Below are positions 27,501 to 39,300 of a stretch of DNA of 64,000 bases, piece after piece (the stretch's first letter is position 1; every line of letters begins with the position of its first letter). Both the position numbers and the translations under genes were made by a program. Under the pieces are notes generated by a model. It was given only the letters and a program-made list of their open reading frames with translations, had not been told where the DNA came from and ran no database searches. Source of the DNA: Owenia fusiformis (Eukaryota); assembly GCA_903813345.2 (NCBI GenBank), contig CAIIXF020000001.1, positions 12,586,001 to 12,650,000 on the forward strand. Direction: 5' to 3'.

Positions 27501-28694
27501 TGCTATTTTTATTCTAAAAATTCCCTAATGATTACAACAATTAAGGAAGCAATTCTGAAATTGTAGATTTGAAAGAGCATTCTGATTGATCAGATTCCTT
27601 TATCTTAAGCTTGAGAGATATCTAGTTCTCTTCAAGTGATAGTAAAGGTAGAACCCACAATGCTGAAAAAAGAGTTTCATTGCCATTCCCTGGCCATTCG
27701 TATCATGTGTATTTTACAATTATTGCAGCAGTTGGTGTGGTATCTGGGGTGTTTGGACTAGTGATCATTATACTTCTCCTGGTCATCATCTTTATGTACA
27801 GGTCAGTATCCATACCAAACTCAGACATTCAATATTTTCACATCCAACAATTCATTCAAAGCTTTATGATGTTCCTCACAAAGCAAGTTAATTTCCTTTC
27901 ACACCATCTGGTACATTTATAAGTACCATAAAATAAGATAAAATTAATAACTTTCGCATCTTCACATTATGAATAAGAATGAAGAAATAAACTTACTTTG
28001 TAACAATTGCAGGAGGAACAAAGGAAGAAATGGCCCAAGTTATACAACAGAACAGATCACCAATATCTCAACCATCTCTCATGATATCCCATCAAGTGCA
28101 CCTACAGTTGAGCCTGTCTACCAGAATGAAGTACATGTGTATCAAAATGAAGTAAATCAATCTGAACATGACAATATATGCAATAAGGAAGTCCCTGTAA
28201 TTCCTTCTCCCACGCTTCCAACTTATGAAGAAGTAACCATGGATGATAATAAGCCAACAGAGGAAGAAATGAACCAATCCAAACCAACCACTGGTGATGT
28301 ATATTCAAAGGTGGGGTTAAAGAATAAATCAGGTCAACCTAAAGACAACCGTAATGATGTCACAATTGATGGTTCCCATGTATATCAGAATGATGATATG
28401 GTACATGAAAATCAAGACAACAACAGACCCAACTTAGATATAGTATCTCCTCGATATATGAACCATGACATTATCATAGATCTACCCAAAGATGACCCAA
28501 CAGCCACTGATCAGTTTCCTATGTTAGAGCTGAACTCCATTTATTCTGATAATGATGACTATTCACTGGAACATGAGATCAAACCTAATAATGAAACAAG
28601 TATAGAAATCAGAAATGGTAATGACAAATTGAACATTACAAAAAAGAACAACTTTGAAGTGCTTGAAAATTATGGCCAGATCAAAAGATATTAA
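24572..28694 (+). CDS. Receptor R6
   Basis: Exons 24572-24677 (signal), 24847-25122, 25607-25909, 26032-26271, 27729-27801 (TM) and 28013-28694. A candidate exon at 27351-27421 is out of phase. Confidence 0.82.
25258..25426. repeat. About 42-bp tandem repeat, 4 copies (intronic)
   Basis: Units of ttaccacataaac...tacaggaaaaacagtccta. Confidence 0.8.
26455..27306. mobile_element. HINE/MITE-like element with subterminal inverted repeats, internal tandem units and a microsatellite
   Basis: atcgcactttgaa (about 26457) and ttcaaagtgcgat (about 27293) are inverted. Three internal cagcat...cctaatcaga...gatgacaag units and a (gcccgcac/gcccaaac)n tract lie between them. Confidence 0.65.
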
Positions 28695-28978
28695 CATATT
28701 TCAAAATATTTTATGAGGAAATGTGACATTTGCTCAAACACTTAAGTAACTTCAAGTGGTCATTTAAAACACAAAATACAATTGTAATGTCATAATAATT
28801 AATCATAATAAACTGTTTGAAAAACATAAGACTGCTAAATGTACATGTCTCTTTTTAATGTTCTATTATGACCCACTATTTTAGTCTCACCCAACAGATC
28901 GAAACAGTGGGACAAAGCTGAGCTTTGGAAAACATGATACTGTCACAGTCATATAGATGATATTATTAGGAATCAAAT

Positions 28979-31900
28979 ATGGAATTTACATATTTATTAT
29001 CATTTCTGTTTTATATGACAGTTTATATCAAAGCTAAAGGTAAATATGAATTATTCCAGCTTCTACATCGATATACATTTGAGGTTAATCGATATTCAGT
29101 GATTGTTCATTAAATGCCTTTTAAAAATTCATCTTGACATACAACTCTATTTAACTCAAAGATATACATCTTGGTAATAGTATTCTCAGTTTGGAGAACG
29201 AAGTTCATCAGTCTACTGCACGTTACGCCTGCTTTGGACAATTTTGGTATTTTTACATATTGTAGATTTAAATGTCCTCTTTTGAATATCCATAATTTAA
29301 TTTGGGTGATATTTCTATATTTTTCATAAAATAATTAGCACAGTACACTGATGAACTTCTTTCTCCAAATCGAAACTAGTGTTTTATTGAACCGGTCTAC
29401 TGAACATTACGCCTGCTTCAAAAAATTTTGATATATTTTTACATCTTGTAGATTCAAATGTCCTCTTTTGAATATTCATAATTTAATTTGGGTGATATTT
29501 CTATATTTTTCATAAAAAATTATAGCCCAGGAGACTGTTCTCCAAACCGAGACAAGATGCATGGAGTTTACAAACAGCACATGTACATGATTAAAGGAAG
29601 AATTGATTCTAGAAATCAAGGGTGGTATTTCAAATAACCTAATATTGTTTCTCTTTCTAGAAATTCACACTAACAATGAGGAAGAATTCCACCTTCTGAG
29701 AGCCTCTGAAGATTATGTAACTAGTGAGTGTGACCACAAAGACAAGGTGTTTGTTAACCTCTCTCAGTGCCAACAAGAAGCCAGAGATCGAAATTGTAAT
29801 GTGATCAATTGGTCCTCTAGTGATGGCAAATGTAATATAAAACACTGTACCAATCAAAGCATAGATGAAGAGTGGGACTTCAAGTTCACAAAATATACAA
29901 GTCCACTGTATGAGGTTCATAGCATAGCATGTGAGTATAAAATTAGAATCCACTGCATATATTTTTTATACAATTCGTGTATGTGATGTGTTTAAAACAA
30001 TTTGTTAAGGGTGTTATTTTTGAACAATTGAAACATAAATCTCACTAATCTTATGGTAGTTTTTTAAATAGTTGTTCATATCTGGCTAAAAAACTAATTC
30101 ATGAAACTGTTACAGCAGTTAAATAATTGGCTGTTTCAAATGGTTTAAATAACATTATGGTAAGAAAAACTTGCCTTTAAATACATTTGAGTATAATGTC
30201 ATACTTCTAACAGATTTCAAAATTAACGAAAATTTCTGTTTTCTCAATTCTTGTACATGGCCTCTGGGGTTAAGGCCTAATATCAAGGGAACATAATTAT
30301 GTGTATGAAGAAAATGTGTTCACTTTGAATGGACAGATACTTTATATGGATGCTTTGGACAGACTGAAAGAAAGCTTCACTACATTGAACTTCTTTGTTG
30401 GGATGAGAAAAGTGGGACTCAAAGGTTTGACTCCAAGGATAGAGGGTGCAACAAAAATAAGTACATTGGCATTAACATGCAAAATGTCACCACCTGCTAT
30501 TTGTTACAAACACCATTTGTTACAGATGCCAAACAGGATCCACTAAAAGTTGGAGAATATAACAATATGCCCCCACTTCTGGTGGACATAACAACTAATA
30601 ATGATGATTTGTACTATATACAGCACTATGATACTCATGTTACTTGCAAATTAATACTTATGTTTATGTTCAATTTTAGATCCCTCTACCCCTATATGTA
30701 AAGGCAATGTATTTGTCAATCGGAAGACATACAATGATAATAATACTTCTGTTACATCTGAATGTCCTGATGAAGGAGTACAGGAGAAACCTTTCAATCT
30801 ACATCAATGCATGTCCAGTGCATGTAGTCAGGGTGCCAATGTGTTCATATACAGTTCAAGCACCCGTTTCTGCCAACCTAAGCGGTGCAACACCAAAGCT
30901 GATGGTATGTACAACTTGCAGGTTGCAAACATTGATAATGATGATGGAAACCAGAGAGGATATGACATCTATGCTTTATCAGGTATAAAACTTTTTAGGC
31001 ATTTTTATTTTGATATTTCAACCATCTGAAAACATTTATCATAAGGGAGTAATGCATTGAGAAATATCAGCCAGGCCTCTTTTACCCCAAAAGGACAAGT
31101 TCCCTTATGATGATTACATTACATTGAACACATTTACTTTATCCCTGATAGCAACACCTGTGCCTTGGACCACAGAGGGAACAACCATGGGTTTTCAAGA
31201 GAATGAACCTACCACCAGTCCAACAGAGGATATATCTAAAGCCCCACATGGATCTGATATTACATCAGGTATGTACTGTGACACCTATACTGTATGAGTG
31301 GTATCTAATCCGAGCACTTAATTTGCCAAATGGCCAATACTAACTTTTTTAGAATTTTCATTTTCCGACTCGGCAAGACTGTAAAACATACCTTATTCGC
31401 ACATTGGTTATTCATGGATTGTCCATCTTAAACTAATTAAATTCATGTCATGACAAATTCGCGTCTCGGATTGGTCCTGTATACAACATGTTATTTCATG
31501 TATAGTAACCTTGACCCTGAACAAATAGAGAACAAGGTAAAAAGCTAATTTTGAATAAAAATCAGTTTTCAGAGATTGTTATTTCAGAACCAGTAAAATA
31601 CACTACATCGGAGATGACAATATTTTCTTCCAAAGAGCCGAACATTTCTGCCAAGATAACAAATTCACAATACACTTGGTTCGGAGACAGCAACACTGAC
31701 TGTATGTATTTATTCAGACATTTATATTACTTTAAAAGAAACCCCTTCCATTCATTTACACTGCCAATTAACTTAGGGGCACTTTAATACCTTTTTGCTT
31801 TACTGAATATGGCATTATCTTCCCTAGTATTTTTACAAGACACGATGCTTCAATACCAATCCAATGTATAGACCCTACTCATAGGTACCTTAACAGAGAT

Positions 31901-32978
31901 TGTCTTGCACCAAATATCTGGATGCCCCCCCCCCCTTATAGAGTAGAGTGGGAACACAAGGGCTTGAAGTAAAAACCAAGCCTGTAACATATATTCATAT
32001 AATGACCACATAATGTACAATGTAGTTTGCACAACACATAATTTATAATGTAGTTTATATGACTTTGTTACAGTTATATTGATAGCAGTGATTGGTGTAC
32101 TTGTTCTAGTGATAATTGTGCTGTTAGTCACCAATATTCTAGCTTGCAGGTAAAATATCAATCTAATTCCTCTTACAAAAGGGTATGATACAGCCATGTT
32201 CTCTTTAACATGTATTTACATGTATATCCATATGACCAACAGTGCATAAAATTCATATAAACGTTATGTTACTAATTTTTTGCTCTTTGAGCACTTTAAA
32301 GTTGGTTTCAGTTGTAATCATTCAGTATGCCTCGAAACAGTATAATATTTCTTTAAAATATTTATGTAATTGTGATATGGTTCCAGGAAACTTAGAGGGA
32401 AAAATGCTGATAATGGACATGAAAAAAGTGACAGAAATAATGTGGAAATACAGAATGATGAATATGAGGAAAATGTTGTCAAATCTGATTTAGATCAGGG
32501 AAACGTTTACTCTGACATAAAAACTGGTTCCTCCCCTTTAAATCCAGTTATCAACCAATATGAGGAAGTGGCGATGAAAAAAATACCTGAAAATAACTCC
32601 ACGTCTGAAGTAGGTAAACATGGCGAGTCACGACTCTGTGATTTATATGCTATTGTTAAACCAAAAAGTGAAAGAAAACAATATGACAGCGATAAGAATA
32701 GTATGAATGCAGACACAAAAATCATACCATCAGAGAGCGGAACTCTTCAGGATAAAAATGGATCAAAACCAAACAATGTTGATGCAACTAGTACAGGGGA
32801 CTTCTCTTATGTAACAGCAGATGTGGGATCTGGCTATCTACCAAAACTGGGAAACAATTCTATTTATGACTCTGAATGTGATGAAAATTATGATGTTTTG
32901 AAATTGCCGAAATCCTCTTCAAATAAAGTCCATGACAAACAAGTTTCTAGTGATTTATACAATCACTTGAAAAAATGA
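28979..32978 (+). CDS. Receptor R7
   Basis: Exons 28979-29039 (signal MEFTYLLSFLFYMTVYIKA), 29661-29930, 30680-30982, 31152-31268, 31573-31701, 32074-32149 (TM) and 32387-32978. Confidence 0.87.
29184..29552. mobile_element. Small TIR element containing a tandem duplication of about 180 bp (R7 intron 1)
   Basis: tctcagtttggagaac and gttctccaaaccgaga are inverted. 29210-29340 is repeated at 29393-29525. Confidence 0.55.
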
Positions 32979-33398
32979 CTGATCAAATACTATTCTTTTT
33001 ATGAACAACTTCAAAATATTAAAAACACATTAATGAGATTTTCAAGTGTATATTAATGGGATTTTCAAGTGTATATCAAATCAAAACAAATCCTGGTTGT
33101 CAAAAAATCAAAGTACTATGTCATATATGAAAACCATAGATGTCATTGTGATATAAAAATTTGTGTGACGCCATCTATCTAAAATTGAAACAATATTTGT
33201 ACTTATATACAACTGTACCATAATAAATATGTACACACAATATATACACATCTAAGGACCTAGTTAATAAATCGATGACTTGTATATAATACAACATGAT
33301 GACAATATTGCACATTAAAAATGCGCAATAAAAATGAAAATTGTGATGTAAATATAAACCTTATTGATTGGCTCACCAATGAAAAAAAAAAAACTTAC

Positions 33399-36300
33399 TA
33401 GATTGGCAAAAAATGTTATTTTTGCTAATAGTGCTGCCTTTGACCTCAACCTCTGTTGTTCATCTGTGTTCTCCATTGCATCATCTATCTCCAGCTGAGT
33501 CTCTTCAAATGCCTCAATCAGTTCATCTTGAGCCTTGTAATAGTCCCTATATCAAAACACAACAGAGAGTATTTAAGGATCTACACTGAACTACTCATAC
33601 TGCTGATTCCCCTCATATAGCCCCAAGCATGGATAAGTATGGGCCGGTTATATGTATTTGGGAACAAACTTCCAGTGGTATGAGATCTGTAAGAAGCATA
33701 TTTCAATCTACACAAAGGAAGTTAGAAATTCAAAAAATTCTTAATCGCTGCCGTCAGATTTTAACTTTTTGTGCATTTAGACTACATGCAGTACATCAAT
33801 CCTAACAATGTGACTTATACAATTTTGAGTCCAAAATGTATCTTTAATGATGAAAGGAAAAAAGAAAAATGATGGTACTTGACACTCTTGGGCAGCTTTC
33901 TGTCATCCTTTTGCTTGCCTCTTTTCTTTGAAGTAAACAGACTTAATGACAGCTTCCAACTGTGATCTGAAAGCACAAATTCAACAACATGGAACCTTAT
34001 TCTGTTAACTCCATTCTCAAGATGGGGATCTGAGATGGAAATAGTCCTGCAATATATTTCATTAAAATATTATTGCTCTGGAATACTATACTAGTATTCT
34101 TGGTCTATTTGGTCCATTATAAATATATATCACATCTCTCTTTATATCTCACTATCAAAAGTAGTCCAATTACCAAGTGACTTGTGTTAAATGGACCTCT
34201 GTAAGTAGAACGTCTCCTGAGTAAAATACTTAAGAGATACAAAAGATGTTCCACTTACACAGGTTTAATTACTCAGATGCGAGTAGGTAGTTACCAGTTT
34301 CGCCACCAGGTGGCTGATTCGGGGGAATTAACATGGCAGGGTATTACAAAATTCCCTTAAACTTGAATATGCATCAGTTTTAATGGTTCACTTTTCATAT
34401 TACCTTTATGTATCTGATAGTTATACAAATTAAAATATGCCCAGTAAAAGAAAATATTATCTGCCCAATACAAGAAAAGATATTTCACTTTTTGTGGTTT
34501 TACAACATGGGCTCTATGGGGAATCTCCCCGACCTAGAAGTCACATTTTCAAAGAAAAATAAATTTTCAAAGTTGATAAACTCTTTTCAAAACCACATCT
34601 CTAAATGTAATCTTACATTTAGATTCCAAATATGACATCGGATTGACTGAATTGTGAATTTTTAATGACGTAAATCAAGAATATTTCTACTCGCATCTGG
34701 GATATTGTATTTTCAAATGGACCATTCCCAATTTTCAATTCACTGACACAGTTTGTCATGTCAAATTCAGTTTTTTATCCTTGTTTGCACTTTAATAGAG
34801 TTCAGAATTGTTGACAATATTGATGTTGAAAACACACCGAACAAAGCGTTTGCAAATGCAAATAACATCTACCAGATTAACCTATAAATTTTCATAAATT
34901 AACCAATCATTTCAATGTTGTAACAACCTGTTAGTCGACGATCAATGATCAGTGATCACATGACTTTTTATGCCACTGTTAGGATCGATTTAGACTAAAC
35001 GCTTAGTTGGCGAACAGATCGAAGGTCATTGTTACTTGCTGCTAAATAGGCAAATTAATTCGTTATTTGGGTCAGCAATTTCATTTGACCCGAGAGATGG
35101 CAGCTACCGGGATGCACCACAGGCACTTTTCATATTTAAAATAATTGTAAGTTAATCAACATGTGACTTGAGATATACAATCAAAACACATTTCCAAAAA
35201 TCGTCAACATTCTAGACTATCATTGGAACATTTCGTTATCAGAACATTTTGGGGTTACCTCTCTTTGGATTTTGGACTATTTGATCAATACACCAACATA
35301 CATTTAGGCGCACCACAGATTAGACATTCACCATATTATTGTAACTCATTTTGAATTTAAAATAGATTTTTATGAAACAAAGTTGATTCCATGCATAAGT
35401 CTGTCTTCACATTCTGTTATCTTCTGGATCTTCATACAGCTTACCTTCAATTTCATGCTCACTTTTTGTCAAAAATGGGTCACTTTCAACTTTTCCGTCA
35501 CATTTTGTAACAAGAGTTTCTAATGCATCCATCATTATGACTTGGTCTCAGTAGCTTATATCATTCGAACAGAAATTCTCATACCTTATATTGGTTTTAT
35601 TCAATACATTGCTTAAGATATAAATGATCGCTATGATGTTTATAAAGTCCACATCTGAAATATCTCTGTGTCTATTACCTTTGCACACACTTTGATTAAG
35701 CACATGTAATATTGTTCTACATATAATTGGTGACTAATAAACAAACTCTGCAATATCAATTCTCTAAAACACATTATGAAAGTATTATATCTTGTTTTTT
35801 ACTCAAATGATGAAAGAGAGACATCTTTTTTCATAGCAATTTTATGTATCATTTTTATATTGATTTAATCACAATTTGATCTTTGGATACACAAACATGT
35901 ATACAAAGTCAGTAAACAAAGTATACATGTAAACAAAGTATACATGTAAACAAAGTAACTGCACTCTTTGCATAAGGAAAATAAGTTTCCCCTGTTAATT
36001 TCCTGAGATTCAAAATTACGTATTTGGATAATGTCTAAGCAAATGGCTATATCTACATACCATCTATGAAACTAGTACTAGAAGGTGCCACCTCCTGTAA
36101 ATGAATGTGCCTCTTAACATGACTGTCCAGGGTCAACTGGGAGATTGTGTGCCCATTGGGTTTACCATCTTCATTGGTCACAGTTATCTTGGGCTAAAAA
36201 ATAAAATATATCTGATATTAGACAAAACGGATGGGTGATGTTTAGGAGAAAGGTGAGGGGGGTGGTCTTTGATAATTTAAATTTAAGGTATTGCCTTTAA

Positions 36301-39300
36301 GATTTTGTAGGAACAACCCAACAATTGGCTCTGCCAAGACAATGGTACCTATTTCACAGAAAGGTCAAATTATCACAAAGCATTTAGACAAAAAGCTTCA
36401 AAATGAAGGATTTTTTGCCAGTGTAACACCTCAAAAATCATTTGTTACAAAGTTTTTTTCATTTTTTGGAACTCAAATCCAATTACAATGCCAGCACATA
36501 GAAAGTTCCATTATTAAGCAGCCATATTCTACGAAACCATTGCTTCATGGGTGTCATTCATACTGAATTGAACTCTGGATTTCAGGGAACACATCATTAC
36601 TGGAAGGAGAGATCTCTATTTCCAATAATGCTGTCTGTTCATTAAATTAATACATATGACATCCAAAGTTAGACTTTGCCTATAAAAACAATAGACGATT
36701 TTTGGTATCAATTTAACAATGTGTACTTAAGTGTCTTAAGTCTCAAGGGGTATTTCAAAACAATTTACAACATGTAACATAGTCTCAAAAGGTATTTCAA
36801 AACAAGATATTTCACATGTAATATAATGTTCAGAGATGCAATAGCATATGTTTCATTACAGGTCATTCACATAGCAGATCTGTCAAAATTAAAAACAATA
36901 ACAGGCATATATCATAAGAGAAAAAAAACTGGGTCACACTGACATGAACTTGCAGTATTGTTATTTTCAGACAAAAAATTCAGTAGCATTTTGTAGCCAT
37001 GTGTTATCATAAGTCAATGTTGATATGTCTATAATTGTTGTAATAAGATGAGTTTGATTAAAGTTTAAGAGAAGTAATTTTTTAGAATTTCTAGGATGAA
37101 AGGCCCAGGATTTTTTTGGGCAAAAAATATAGGGCCTTAACTGGTAGACCTTTTGGGTATTACATGGTCTTTTTGGGCCTTATTTTTTAATTTTAGGCCA
37201 AATCATAAATAAGTGCCTTAAATTTTCTGACATTTTTTCTGAATTGAAATGTCATATGTTAGCTTCTGGATCCAACAGAGGTTTTATATCTTATGAACAG
37301 GCTGATGTAAGAATGGTATGAAAGTAAATATTTACAGTTTCGTGGAAATGATCCAAGCTATTCAGACTTGTATAGGCATAGCCATATTATAAAGAAGAAT
37401 ACATTCACCAAAATAAAAAAAATCTACATGGGTAATGGAACACCACTGCCTCTCACTCTACATAGGAGGAGGTATACATAACCCATACCAATAAACCATA
37501 CCTTACCACACCATACCATACCAGACAAAAATTAAAAGCCACTTCAGAAATATAGAGATTGTAAAAAGTTTTAAGATTACAAAAATGAACAAAAAAGTAA
37601 TAATCAGAGCATTCAAGCTTCATTAAAACTATTCCCTCCTCAAAACAACATCATTCACATTCCAACACCATACCAAAGATGCCTAGTCTTTCATTTCAGA
37701 CACAAAAAGACACACATTCAATTCTTCCAACTACTATTTCAAAAAAAAGTTTGGTGTGTAAGAAAAACATAAGAAAATAATGGTCTCCTCATTGGTTTAG
37801 ACTGCGACCTATGTGAATATATTGTATTAAACATACAACAGGAAGACCATTATATCTGTATGGGACCAATCTTTGTTGATGGGTGGGGGGGGGGTTATAG
37901 TGCCAATATCCCTCAGGAGAGTGTCTACCTCCATTTAAGGACCAATACCTTGCTACAAACAGTACTATTCTTTACCAGAATACCAATACCAGAAACTGTA
38001 TTTCATCTAAGGCTTACCACAAGTGTCAGGGGCAAATCCTTTTTGGGAATCTGAAAGATAATGTGTTAAGTATTTCCACCAATGCTGCTATGTAATCAAT
38101 CAGCTGTGTAAAGAAGTGAAATACCCTCAGACCAAGGACGATTATGGTGGTCATCACATACTGTTAAATAAACCAGTGTATTCCTTCAATCATAACTTGA
38201 TGGTTCAAGATGGGTCATCATGGGCTTTGAAGCGACTATTGCCTCTAAAAATCCTTTGTAGACTGTTGCCATGTTGCATTGTGGCAATTCTGTGAACTCT
38301 TTTTATTGGAAAAATATGCCTAGTCAAGTTACACATCTTATTACAAATTTAACTGTACTGTTTGATCAGAGGATATTAAAAATAAAATGAAACGGTTGAA
38401 TGCTGTTCAAACAACCATTTGCAGTTTTTAATATTGGATTAACACATCCAGATGAAGATGAATCTAATAATACACATCTTAATTCACATCCAAAGTGCAT
38501 CTATCAAAGACATTTTTGAGATAAATCTTAACGTAAAATATCTGTATTAAGATTTATTTTAAAAATGTTTATGATAAACAAACTTTGAAATTGAGTACTA
38601 CCAGAGAGACAAACATATATTCTCATAAACAAGACATAGCTTCTCAAATGTTAAGGGTGACTTACACATATTCTTAAATCAGTACATCTTAATTTAGAGG
38701 CCATTTTAGATGGCTCAACCCCAAAAGATGATAAATACTAGAGATCTGCTCAAAATTAACGCAAATTGCCCCATTTAGGCAATTTGAGATTTTCCAGACA
38801 TAAATCTGAAAGACAGTAAAATATTTGGGATCTACTCTTATTACAATATATGATATATACTTCTAATAGATTTAAAAATCCTAATTTCAAGACCCTATAA
38901 CCAAGCCCCTGGAATTGCATTGAAAAGCATTCAGTAAAAATAAATAGATATGTTTTAAATACATATGTATATAAAATGTATGATTTCAATGAGAAACAAT
39001 CATTTTTGGTTGTAGCTTTATACCATGATACATCTTTCTACCAATATGGAGGCTATTGGTAAATCAGTAGTTATAGCAAGACAGATGTATGGAGGGCTTC
39101 AGCACATGTTCTAAAATTGAGAACATATTTACTTTTAATTTAAGATTTAACTTGGGTCAATGTACAATGATTGTAACCTTTATATCAGAGACTCCTTGAT
39201 AATGTATCAAATGCTATCAGGTCTAATTTTAACAGGAGCAAGATTATATTAGCATTACATTTTAATTTGCAATCAAATTAAAACCAATCAATGAGAAACT

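Noticed and set aside
33967-34046. Open extension upstream of the transporter exon, with an AG at 34047
   Set aside because: It needs a phase-2 intron, but the upstream exon (36061) ends in phase 1 and fits the acceptor at 33967.
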